Source of the DNA: a virus
Length of the DNA stretch: 64,000 nucleotides
Strand: one strand, 5' to 3'
Virus record (IMG/VR): IMGVR_UViG_3300025009_000004
Location: 53,662 to 117,661 of that record
Positions 27,581 to 37,300 of the stretch are shown in pieces. Under the pieces are notes generated by a model. That model saw only the letters and a program-made list of their open reading frames with translations, did no database searches and was not told where the DNA came from. Both the position numbers and the translations under genes were made by a program. Each line of letters opens with the position of its first letter. The stretch's first letter is position 1.

Positions 27581-30500
27581 TCAATCTTTCAAATAAAATA
27601 TTGCACTCGTTCTGGGGCTACCAGCGGGATCGGTATATTCGTCGGGAACGTCTGCGCCAGTGCCAAACTCAACGCTATCAATGCCAAGGTATTCTTTAAC
27701 AGGGTTATTGGTGCCATATGGCATTGCTACATATTCCAATAGAGCGATTGGAGCTTCTGTATCTAAACACCTTAATTCTACACCAACTGCCTGTATAATG
27801 TCAACATCTGATAAATTAGCAGTTCGGCTAAGAACGACCGAACAAGTCTTCCATAAGTCTCTTGTCTCATCTATCGTTAATTTAAAATACTTTATTTTAC
27901 ATTCTCTGGTCTCTGTATTATCGCGATATTCTATAAACAAGTACGGGTTCCATATCTGATTGAGAGTAACACCAGATATTTCTTTGCCACCGCTTCCCTT
28001 AGTCGATAAAGTAAACATTCTAAAATAGTAGTTATCTATTTCTGTCGATATCTTAACTGTTTGTTCTAAGGCATGTTTAAGCAAGGCCGGCGCAGAAAGT
28101 TTCTTGTCGCTTTTATCCCATGCTGTTACTTTATTGCTCTTCCAGAAGGCAAATTGAATATAGCCATCAGTGCCAGTTTGACCGCCAGTTGGTTGCTCAA
28201 TATAATTAACCTTAGTAACATTGGTTGTCGTTGTGTTGCCACCATTGCGAAATGGATGCCAAGGACCATTTTGCAGATTTTGATTGGCACTTATTGATGG
28301 GTCGTTTGGCTCTCCCTTGCCTTGTCCTACAATGCTCCATTTATTTATTGTCCACATCGGGTTATTGGCGAAGAAGTTGCCATATTCGATCTGAATGGGC
28401 TTCATTGAGCCATCAATCAAGTTCGTTGCAGCACCGTCTACAATGACCTCAACGCCTTCGCCATAAATATCAAATACATTTAATATCGTCATTTTATATC
28501 CAGTGCCAGTTGCCGATGAGCCGGCGGTTACAGTCTTTCCCTGGCTATCAGTAAAGTCCCATTGTATAATTTGATTTAATCCTATCGGCACAACCCAACG
28601 CCTTGCTGTTTCAGTATTAGTCGTTGTGGTATTCATTAAATTAACATTGCCGCCATCTGCCGTTGATACATAAGCATCAAAATAAACAGCGTCATTAATG
28701 TCTTGATACGCACCGGCATCTGTCTTAATCTGTATAGGAAGGCTTACCGGCTGATATGAAGCCAAATAACTTGTTGCAGGGATGGGGGCTTTCCATTTAA
28801 GTTTATACACATGGCAATTGGTCTTAATAGCAATAGTTTTACGCTCTGTTGCAATTATGCTTGTATTGCCAGAGAAGCCATTTAATACAGGCTTAATAAT
28901 AAGCGAAGCATCATATTGTGTTGCTGTCTTAATCCATCCCGCTGATGTTGCGTTTGCTACATTGCGGCTATCTGGATATCCTGCTTTTATATCTTGGTCA
29001 AACTGCCACCAGTAGAAGTTATACTTAGCGTCTTCCCAGCCCGTAGTAGCGCCGATATGAAACATCCTGTTATACATATAATTGAAGCTATCGTTTGGCA
29101 TTAAATATATCTTATTAACGCTTTCTGGCCATACTTTAGCAAAGTTAATTCCACCGTCCCAGCGTATGCCATTCTCTCTTTTATAAACGCCAGCGTCTAA
29201 TATCTTTTCTTCCATAACATAGGCAAGAGTGTGTTTGCGATGTAGTACGCCAACAACGATCTGAACCTTTTGCTGTCTGGTTAACGCGAAGTTAAAAGTT
29301 AAATATTCATCGGGAGGTTGGAAATCTGCACATACCTCATTAGCAGTTACAACAGCATCTATTAAATGCACGGCGGCTAATGTGTAGTTCTTTGCGCGGG
29401 TGCATACTATTGCGCCACGGTATTTGCCAGAAGGAACATCCAGAGTTACAGTACAACTTGAAACTAATATATACTCAGTATCAACTTGTATTAAAGTATT
29501 CGCTGCAATAGTAAATGTTTCATCGCAGTAAACCGTAAAAGTTGTATCTATCGCTGCAATCGCAGTTAGCAGTCTAATAGGCGTTCTTTCAACATATGCA
29601 GTCTCAGCAATTTCTGTATTGCTACTTACTTGTTTCCTTGTAATAGAAAAGCCATATGCTTTATTAGCAAGGAATTGTGTTGCAGGAACCGGAGGTTTGA
29701 TATAAGATTGCATCGGGGGCAAAGCAACAACTGTTAATGTATCAGTTGAACTTATTCTGCTTATCTCAGTGCTGATGCCAGTAATCCATAAGCGCGTGTC
29801 ATTAAATGCACCAACTTCGGGGGCCGCTACAACGCCACAATCTCCGATTTCAATATAAGGGTTGCTCAAACTGGATATCGAGAATTGTTTAATATTACGT
29901 CTATGCATTTCTAATTGTGTGAGTGATATCCAATCTGAGGTTGCTTTATCAGATATATTTTTCTTAACAACTATCGTTTCTTTTTTATGTCCAACAAAAT
30001 TATATGCAGGATCGTATTCGTAACACTCAATTTCAGATATATATAGGTCAGTAGCACAATATAACTCAATTGTGCTTTGAGTATAGAGCGCCGGCAGTTT
30101 AAACATAATACCACCAGATGTTAAATCATTAGCAGTTACGGTATGTGATACAATATGAGTTGTCGCATCCTTTAAGGATACAATAGCACCTAAAGGAGTT
30201 GTTTGTGGCTTTAAATAAACAAACATTAAATTAAGATTGCTCGTTAATAATTCTATAATCGCAGGGGCGCTTGTTTTTAATAACGCATATTTGTCATATC
30301 TTCCGTCCATAAGTACATGTCCGGTTGAAAAGGTTATAGTGCCATCAGAGCCGCCCTTAATGGCGTTGTTGCCATTATATATGGATGTAGTGTCAATTGA
30401 CCTTGATATGATAGGCTGTGGGCTTTCTGGAAGTCCTATGATGGTCATTTGATTCCTTACTTCAGCAGATGAATTAACTGCCGATGATACAATCGCATTT

Positions 30501-32188
30501 AAAGTGTTATCGCAAGTAAATGATATGACTTCATCATTATTGTCTAAATAAAGAAGTCCATTAAAATAAGGAGCTGTAGTTGGCAATGGCGCTACCATTA
30601 CAACGCCATAAGTATCAGGAACAAATGCCGTATCAGCGTTTGTAGCCCTATATATTTCTGCTTCATAGTATTGATATTTCTTCAACGCAGGGATTGTAAT
30701 CGTTGCGCCAACATTTGTCCATGTACCACCGTCTGATTTCTTTAACTGAATAGTCGCACTATCTGTATTTGACGTATTTGCTATAAATCTTACTCTAAGA
30801 TTGCGGATGCTTGCTGCGGTTGGTATTGTTCCAACGGTTAAATCAAATGTATATCTATGCGTTGACAGCGCCTTAATATTCCATGCTGTCCATGACCATA
30901 CATGATTCTCAATTATTTCACTATTTTGGCTTTCTTCTGTTCCATTTGATGGGGCGAGCCAGGTGTATTGACGAACCGCTTTGATTGTAAGTACGCCCTG
31001 CTCATTAAAGAACACCTTAAAGCCAAAGCCTTCCGTCAATGTTAATATTGCATCCCATAATGATTGACCAAATTCTAATTTAAACTTAGCGTCATTAAGC
31101 ATATCTTCATCTATGCCGGCATATACTTTCTTTTCTATAACAGGAGCGTAGCCAGTAGTGCCATCGCCAGTATATGAATCCCTGTCCATTTTTGGGGCCA
31201 CACCAGAGTTAGCCTGTAATAATCTTTCAAATATAGATTTAGATTGCATATACGGATATTTATCTGCTCTACCGAGTCTTATCGTAGCAAAATCATTATA
31301 TGCTATTGAAAGCAGATTAAGAGGAAATTTAGATTTAATACATAAATCTCTTATTGCATAATCTAAACGCCAGTTATCATAAGCAGGAACATATTTATTT
31401 AAGAGGCTATCGTTATAAACGTCATCAGGCATTACTAAATATTCATCGCCTAAATAGACTTTATTTGCAGGGGATATCGCATGTGTAGATACGCCAGATA
31501 ATCTCTGAACAGTTAATTTAGCCTCTGCTATCGTAACATTAAGAACTAACATTACCTCAGAGTCTATTTTAATCTTAGAGCCTACGCTAAATAAAGTGGC
31601 ATCGCTTACATAAATAAACTGGTCAGTTGCGCTTATAGGCGCCGTTATAGTTGCAGTTGAATCGGTCCATGGCAAATCTCTATATGAATTGATATCTGGA
31701 TAATTATAATTAAGCACATTCATGAAGATAACAGAGAAATCAACGCCATTAACTTCCATAATGCCATCATCGTTCGGAACTATACTTTCAATAATACCCG
31801 TAAACCTTAACTTAACATGCTCTGTATAAGGTGACGTAAAATCACAATAGCCAGAATAAGCTCTAATTAAAAATCCCTTTGATAATTTAGAGCCATCTGT
31901 GCCTGTGTAAATTCCAGTATCATAATCATATTCAAGTGCGCCACCGGCATTTCTAAATAATTCAATCGGAAGAGATGCTGATATAGTTTTAGATTGACCT
32001 TGTTGAAAATTTAAATTAAGCGTAGAGCAATCAATACGATTCCATACGGCAGTTGTGGGGTCAGCTTGCCATTCATATATACTGCCTTCATAAATCTCTA
32101 TGTAATATGCTGGCCTTGCTGTTTTAGCGTAATTAGCGTCATTAAGGGCTAAGACTGTATTTACTAAGGTTTTATCTTTAGTTTGCAC
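27581..32188 (-). CDS. Baseplate hub / tail tip protein
   Basis: Follows the Dit-like genes. FTGIIES, FFNEQGVL, VRNQMTI and NPYIEIGD hub motifs; FlgD-Ig-like segments (IRWDG, QWDFTDSQGKTV). Confidence 0.7.
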   Translation of the reverse strand: MQTKDKTLVNTVLALNDANYAKTARPAYYIEIYEGSIYEWQADPTTAVWNRIDCSTLNLNFQQGQSKTISASLPIELFRNAGGALEYDYDTGIYTGTDGSKLSKGFLIRAYSGYCDFTSPYTEHVKLRFTGIIESIVPNDDGIMEVNGVDFSVIFMNVLNYNYPDINSYRDLPWTDSTATITAPISATDQFIYVSDATLFSVGSKIKIDSEVMLVLNVTIAEAKLTVQRLSGVSTHAISPANKVYLGDEYLVMPDDVYNDSLLNKYVPAYDNWRLDYAIRDLCIKSKFPLNLLSIAYNDFATIRLGRADKYPYMQSKSIFERLLQANSGVAPKMDRDSYTGDGTTGYAPVIEKKVYAGIDEDMLNDAKFKLEFGQSLWDAILTLTEGFGFKVFFNEQGVLTIKAVRQYTWLAPSNGTEESQNSEIIENHVWSWTAWNIKALSTHRYTFDLTVGTIPTAASIRNLRVRFIANTSNTDSATIQLKKSDGGTWTNVGATITIPALKKYQYYEAEIYRATNADTAFVPDTYGVVMVAPLPTTAPYFNGLLYLDNNDEVISFTCDNTLNAIVSSAVNSSAEVRNQMTIIGLPESPQPIISRSIDTTSIYNGNNAIKGGSDGTITFSTGHVLMDGRYDKYALLKTSAPAIIELLTSNLNLMFVYLKPQTTPLGAIVSLKDATTHIVSHTVTANDLTSGGIMFKLPALYTQSTIELYCATDLYISEIECYEYDPAYNFVGHKKETIVVKKNISDKATSDWISLTQLEMHRRNIKQFSISSLSNPYIEIGDCGVVAAPEVGAFNDTRLWITGISTEISRISSTDTLTVVALPPMQSYIKPPVPATQFLANKAYGFSITRKQVSSNTEIAETAYVERTPIRLLTAIAAIDTTFTVYCDETFTIAANTLIQVDTEYILVSSCTVTLDVPSGKYRGAIVCTRAKNYTLAAVHLIDAVVTANEVCADFQPPDEYLTFNFALTRQQKVQIVVGVLHRKHTLAYVMEEKILDAGVYKRENGIRWDGGINFAKVWPESVNKIYLMPNDSFNYMYNRMFHIGATTGWEDAKYNFYWWQFDQDIKAGYPDSRNVANATSAGWIKTATQYDASLIIKPVLNGFSGNTSIIATERKTIAIKTNCHVYKLKWKAPIPATSYLASYQPVSLPIQIKTDAGAYQDINDAVYFDAYVSTADGGNVNLMNTTTTNTETARRWVVPIGLNQIIQWDFTDSQGKTVTAGSSATGTGYKMTILNVFDIYGEGVEVIVDGAATNLIDGSMKPIQIEYGNFFANNPMWTINKWSIVGQGKGEPNDPSISANQNLQNGPWHPFRNGGNTTTTNVTKVNYIEQPTGGQTGTDGYIQFAFWKSNKVTAWDKSDKKLSAPALLKHALEQTVKISTEIDNYYFRMFTLSTKGSGGKEISGVTLNQIWNPYLFIEYRDNTETRECKIKYFKLTIDETRDLWKTCSVVLSRTANLSDVDIIQAVGVELRCLDTEAPIALLEYVAMPYGTNNPVKEYLGIDSVEFGTGADVPDEYTDPAGSPRTSAIFYLKD

Positions 32189-32565
32189 TATGCCACCATC
32201 CTGAACGAAATCATTATTGACCGTATCACTTCGCTATTATTTATCGTCTTTAAATTATTAATTGCTCTATTCGTGATCTGAATATTAAACTGTTGCCCTA
32301 CAATTCCATCGACAAGTATAATCGTTTTATGCATTGGAACTGAGGCTAAATCTTCATATAAAGCAGATGTAACTAATGGCCAATCCATTGTATAGGTAGG
32401 ATAAATCTCAAAATGAGACAAAGAATCAGCAGTGTTCCGATTCATTGGCACTTTGATTACGTTATATTTCTTTCTCATGGCGTTATTGGTGATTATATAA
32501 TCAACCGTTTTTGGGCCATAAGCAAGCGTATATGTAGTTACACCATCAATAAAACTCCAAGCCAT
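32188..32565 (-). CDS. Distal tail protein-like
   Basis: Size and position between tape measure and hub. Confidence 0.5.
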   Translation of the reverse strand: MAWSFIDGVTTYTLAYGPKTVDYIITNNAMRKKYNVIKVPMNRNTADSLSHFEIYPTYTMDWPLVTSALYEDLASVPMHKTIILVDGIVGQQFNIQITNRAINNLKTINNSEVIRSIMISFRMVA

Positions 32566-32575
32566 AGTTTATCCT

Positions 32576-32986
32576 TTAATCGTGGCAATTAACCACAAGA
32601 GTACATCTATATCCGCGTTTATCACCTTTAAACACCATGCCTTCGTGTAGTTCGAATATACAATCAGATACTTGACCTGAATAACTTGTCCATGTGGGCG
32701 TAGGCGTGGCTGTTAAATCTTCACCATACATTGTATCAAATTCAATTGTATCACCATCAAAACCAAGTGTTTCAAGTGTATTGAATGTCGCTGTGTCTTC
32801 AATTAATAAATCCCACACCCATTGTTGCTCTCTATTGATAACACGAGAACCATTGTAATAAACGCCAGGAAGCACGATAGCCTTGCCTCTTGAGGGTTTA
32901 AATTCACCGTCTTGAGGCAAGGTCTCATTTATATTTGATGGCCCTAAAGCCAGTTGTACATTATTAATCTTAAATTTAGCTGCCAT
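32576..32986 (-). CDS. Distal tail protein-like
   Basis: FKINNVQL..PS N-terminus; position after the tape measure. Confidence 0.5.
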   Translation of the reverse strand: MAAKFKINNVQLALGPSNINETLPQDGEFKPSRGKAIVLPGVYYNGSRVINREQQWVWDLLIEDTATFNTLETLGFDGDTIEFDTMYGEDLTATPTPTWTSYSGQVSDCIFELHEGMVFKGDKRGYRCTLVVNCHD

Positions 32987-33002
32987 ACTACCTCTTGTTT
33001 AA

Positions 33003-33117
33003 TTATTTTGGTAATTCCTTCTTCAACCTGTCCGACCTCGATTGCTCTACTATCGTTTGTATAACAGTCCAAAGGCGCAAATTCCCGTGTAGCCCACGGT
33101 ATATATATAAGCAATAT
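33003..33117 (-). ncRNA. Putative omegaRNA / IS right-end scaffold of tnpB
   Basis: Immediately 3' of tnpB: ACCGTGGGCTACACGGGAATTTGCGCCTTTGGA...GGTTGAAGAAGGAA, including a CCGTG/CACGG hairpin. Resembles IS605/IS607 tnpB 3' ends; boundaries approximate. Confidence 0.6.
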
Positions 33118-34263
33118 TTATGTTACTATCTTATATTTTATTGCTTGTTTAAGATTTAATGATGCATTTAAATCTCTATTAATAGTTAAACCACAATCGC
33201 ACTTATAAACTCTATCTGATAGTTTTAAATCTTTCTTTATTTTACCACATTTGCTACACATTTTACTTGAAGGATAAAACGTATCGACTTGTCTTAATTC
33301 TATAGAGTTTTCAATGCATTTGAATTTTAACTTCTGTATGAAACTATAAAATCCTTGTTTAGATATTGCTTTTGATAGATGTCTGTTCTTCATCATTCCC
33401 CTAATATTAAGATTTTCTATCGTTATATACTTTGGCTTGGTTTTCGCTAAAGTATTTGCTATTTGGTTCCGATGGTCTTCTCTTATATTAGACAATCTTA
33501 AATACAATCTTTGGACTTTAATAGATTGTTTATATTGATTCTTTCCAACCGCGTCTCCTTTCTTTTTATTCTTAAATTTGCGAGACAACTTTCTTTGTTC
33601 TCTTTTTAATTTTTTTTCTATTTTGCTTATTTTAGTTGTTTTATTAATATTTTTAAATATCTGGCCATTAGAGGCAATTGCAAAATATTTTATCCCCAAA
33701 TCAACTCCAATGCCATCGTTATAATTATTCTTCTTAATTTCTAAAGACTCTTCCGTGTTAACAGCCATATAAAATCTCCCCGCTCTTTCTATAATATGGC
33801 CACTAGTTATTTTACAAGATAAAGGGATATATCCAAATTCTTTTATTTTAACCCAACCCAAGACTGGAATCTTTATTCTTTTTTCTTTTATTCCAATAAC
33901 ATGTTTACTGTTTGAACGAACAAAATACATGGATATATTGTTATCTTTCTTTTTTTTGAATCGAGGGAATTTATTTTGCCCACGGAAAAATCTTTTATAT
34001 GCCTGTTCTGCATTAGAAATACTTTGCCTTGTTGCCTTCGTCGAAGACTCTTTAATCCAATTGAGGCTGGGATTGTTAGGCAAATAAAAATTGTTGAGCC
34101 ATTTTGAAAAAGATATTGCATTTAAAAATGGGATTCCATGCAAATATCTTTCTTTATTCTCTTTAATAAATAAATTATAAGTGTACCTACATGTTCCAAC
34201 TGATTTTCGAAACATTATAATTTGTTTATTTGTTAACTGTATTTCTATTTTATATGATTTCAT
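33118..34263 (-). CDS. tnpB: TnpB RNA-guided endonuclease (IS200/IS605/IS607 family), no tnpA alongside
   Basis: N-terminal HTH (GTCRYTYN), PRFKKK, RuvC GVDLG / ITIENL / RDLNAS, zinc ribbon CSKC...CDCG. Confidence 0.93.
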   Translation of the reverse strand: MKSYKIEIQLTNKQIIMFRKSVGTCRYTYNLFIKENKERYLHGIPFLNAISFSKWLNNFYLPNNPSLNWIKESSTKATRQSISNAEQAYKRFFRGQNKFPRFKKKKDNNISMYFVRSNSKHVIGIKEKRIKIPVLGWVKIKEFGYIPLSCKITSGHIIERAGRFYMAVNTEESLEIKKNNYNDGIGVDLGIKYFAIASNGQIFKNINKTTKISKIEKKLKREQRKLSRKFKNKKKGDAVGKNQYKQSIKVQRLYLRLSNIREDHRNQIANTLAKTKPKYITIENLNIRGMMKNRHLSKAISKQGFYSFIQKLKFKCIENSIELRQVDTFYPSSKMCSKCGKIKKDLKLSDRVYKCDCGLTINRDLNASLNLKQAIKYKIVT

Positions 34264-34300
34264 TAACTATCCTCAAACTATTTTTAGCCCTCATGATTAT

Positions 34301-34328
34301 ATTATAACATATAGAAGAGAATTATCAA
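34301..34328 (-). promoter_or_regulatory. Promoter upstream of tnpB
   Basis: TTGATA-16 bp-TATAAT with TG extension. Confidence 0.6.
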
Positions 34329-34337
34329 ACATTATTT

Positions 34338-37300
34338 TTAACCCCAATTAGAGGTTGATGTTGCAATCTTTCCTAATGACGATTGATACGCATTGCTAAC
34401 TGCTGCGTTCACTTCAGATGCGATAGCTTTAGGCGATGAACTCGTAGCGTTTATCGTAATATTAAAAGTTGGTGAAGTCATGTTTCTTTCAGCCTGTACT
34501 TTGTTAAGGTCAAATACACTGGGGGCGTTCCATACACCATCAGACAACTTTAACAAAGCGTTTGTGTTGCGATCAAGAGCGTCAACGTTACGGAACAGAG
34601 GGTACATCTCTCGAACCGGCTGTACTGGCGGCGCTTCATCTCCATTCTTTTTTCTCCCCAGCAATCCGCCGATAGCGCCAAGTATCGCACCAATCGGTCC
34701 ACCAGTTAAAAAACCAGCAGCAGCGCCACCAAGGACACCAACTGTTCTATTACTCGTCGATGAACCAATAGCATATCCAAGCATTGCTGATGTTAAGTAT
34801 TGCGATGTGCCATATTTCTTCGCACTGCTCATCTGATCTACGCCTCTGCCGGTATATCCATTCCTCGCAGCCGCTGAATAATTAGCAGGAAGCAATTTAG
34901 AGCTGCCACCGCCAAATCCACCAAGCATGCTCATTAACCCGCCGCCGGCGCCACCAGCGCCACCCGCTGCATTAATATTATACTGAACGGAACTATTCGA
35001 TATGCCAGGCATAATCATATCAGTAACGCTCATTGCTCTTTTGCCCATTCCCAAACCACCCATTGCAAGAGCACCTAAAGCAGAACGAGGGTCAGATAAC
35101 GCAGGAGCATTACTTTTCTTCCCGCCGCCGCCCATGCCGTCTATTCCACCGAATATCATACCGAACATATCGCCTAATCCAGTTTTATTGATAAGCATTT
35201 CAGCGAATTTATCTGCTAATTTCTTAAGAACGCTATCGCCAATATTCTCAAGCACTTCTTTCCATTTATTGGTGGAATTATTTACCTCGTCCATTTTCTT
35301 ACGGGCTTCTTCGATCTGACGATTAACTTCATTCCACTTATCTCTCGATGAATTAATAGCGTCAATGTTACCCGTTGATTCAGCTTGAGCAATACCATAA
35401 GCCGCTGTATTTGAGTCCTCGCCTAACTTGGAAAGTTCTTTTGCTATTTCAGCTAATTGTTTTTTGCGCTCGTTTTTATTCTTCATCGATAAAGCGTCAA
35501 ATATGCCAGTTGAAAGCATGCCTTGAACTTCTCTAACTTGTTCATTTATTCTCTGCTTTTTCTTAAGGTCAAGCTGTCTATCAATAAGGCCAAGCATTTG
35601 TTCTTCTTTGTTTATCTTAAGGTCAAGCAATTGAACTTCTTCTGTTGACATTGCAATAGATAATGCTTCTGCTTCATTTTTACCATTCTGCATTGCAACT
35701 ATCTTCTGAGTTTCAATCGCAATCATTCGCTGTGCTTCAAGCTCAACTAAAGCAGATTTAATCTTCCATTCCATGTAGCTCTTTTCGTCTGATCTGGAAG
35801 CACTATATAAAGCAGCATATTCCATGTCATAGATTTCTGATTTGATAGACAATTCAGTTCTAAGACGTTCCATGCCTACACGATTATCGCTTTCCCATTT
35901 CTCAAATGCAGCTATTTCTTCTGCCTGTTTTCGATATTTGCTCTGTAAGTTTATCTTCTCTTGTAATACTGCTATTTCTTCTTTAAACTTCTTAACTTCA
36001 TCAGGTTTAAGATTCTTTTCTTCTGAGGCAAGAGCAGCTTTCTTAGCTTGCATTTCAGATTCATATTTAGCCGTTTCAGCGTCATATTTGAGCAGATATT
36101 TATCGGGCATTTTGCCTTCCCAATACGAAGACATCTGCTGCTGTTTTTGAAGGTCTGCTTCTGCTTTTTTGATACGCTCAAGTGCATTATAATGAGCTGT
36201 TGATTCACGGTCACGTTTGGCTGCGCCACCGGAAGGCTCTTTATATTCAAGCGCTTTCTGATTCTTGGCGTATTGTATCTGGTCGGCTATCCCCTTGGCG
36301 TCTCCTGGTCCGACAACTTTAGACCCCTTAACCGCCTTAAAATCCTGTGCATATGACTCTTGGGCCATTTTAGATATTTCTGCTTTTTCAGCCGGCGTTT
36401 TTGCTTCCTTAAGTCGTTTTGTCCATGCTTCGAAATTTGACTGCGCTGCCTGCGCTGGAGATTGCGTTGGCAGCTCCCCAAATAGCATTTTAGATAGCCA
36501 GCCTGGAAGCATTGATCTTAAGAATGCTTCAACTGCCACTTTAATCGTAAAAGATCGCGAAGTTAAATCAAGTAAATGAGCAGATAGCGTGTCTACGCCC
36601 TTTGTTGCAGAACTAATTGCCCCATCTAATTGTCCACGAATAGACTCAGATAAAGCATTAATTTTAGCATTATTTTCTCTAATACTATCACTTGCGCCAG
36701 TTATTTCATTGCTATATTGTTTCCAGGTCGCAATCATTTCCTTGGCATCAGTTTGGGCAGATTCTGCGGCGATTTTGTTATCATTGTTATTTTCTTTAAT
36801 CGCAAGATTAATCTTTCTTCGCGCCTCTTCTTCTTCGCTTTGATATTTTAATATCTGTTCTTGTGCGTATGCATACTGTGCGAGATAATCATCCGCAGAA
36901 GTCGTTTTAGTTGTCATGCGTTTCTGTCGCATTTCAACTTCAATTTTAGCCATTTCTCTTGCATATTCTAGGTTCTTAACACGAAGCATTGCCTCTGCCT
37001 GTAACTCTTCGTTTTTATTTTTAGTAACTTCGGGCTGTAACACTTGAGAGCTAGCCATAATATTTGTTATTTTAGAACTAGTATCATCGGAGCCAAGTAA
37101 TTGTGTAAATGCAGAGTTCGGTATTTTTCCAATAGACTTAAAAAAATCCTTAGATAATCTTCCTTTCTCAGTTTTTCCAGACATTGCCGCTTGAATATTT
37201 CTAAGTCGAATTAGCTCTTCATCGTCTAATTTACCAAGGGCATCTGTAACATCTTTGTCCTGCGCTCTGCCTGTATATTTTTTCTTAGATGCCTCTATTT

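Noticed and set aside
32980-34337. IStron (group I intron-IS607 hybrid)
   Set aside because: The element is intergenic, with no room for an intron core or tnpA upstream of tnpB.
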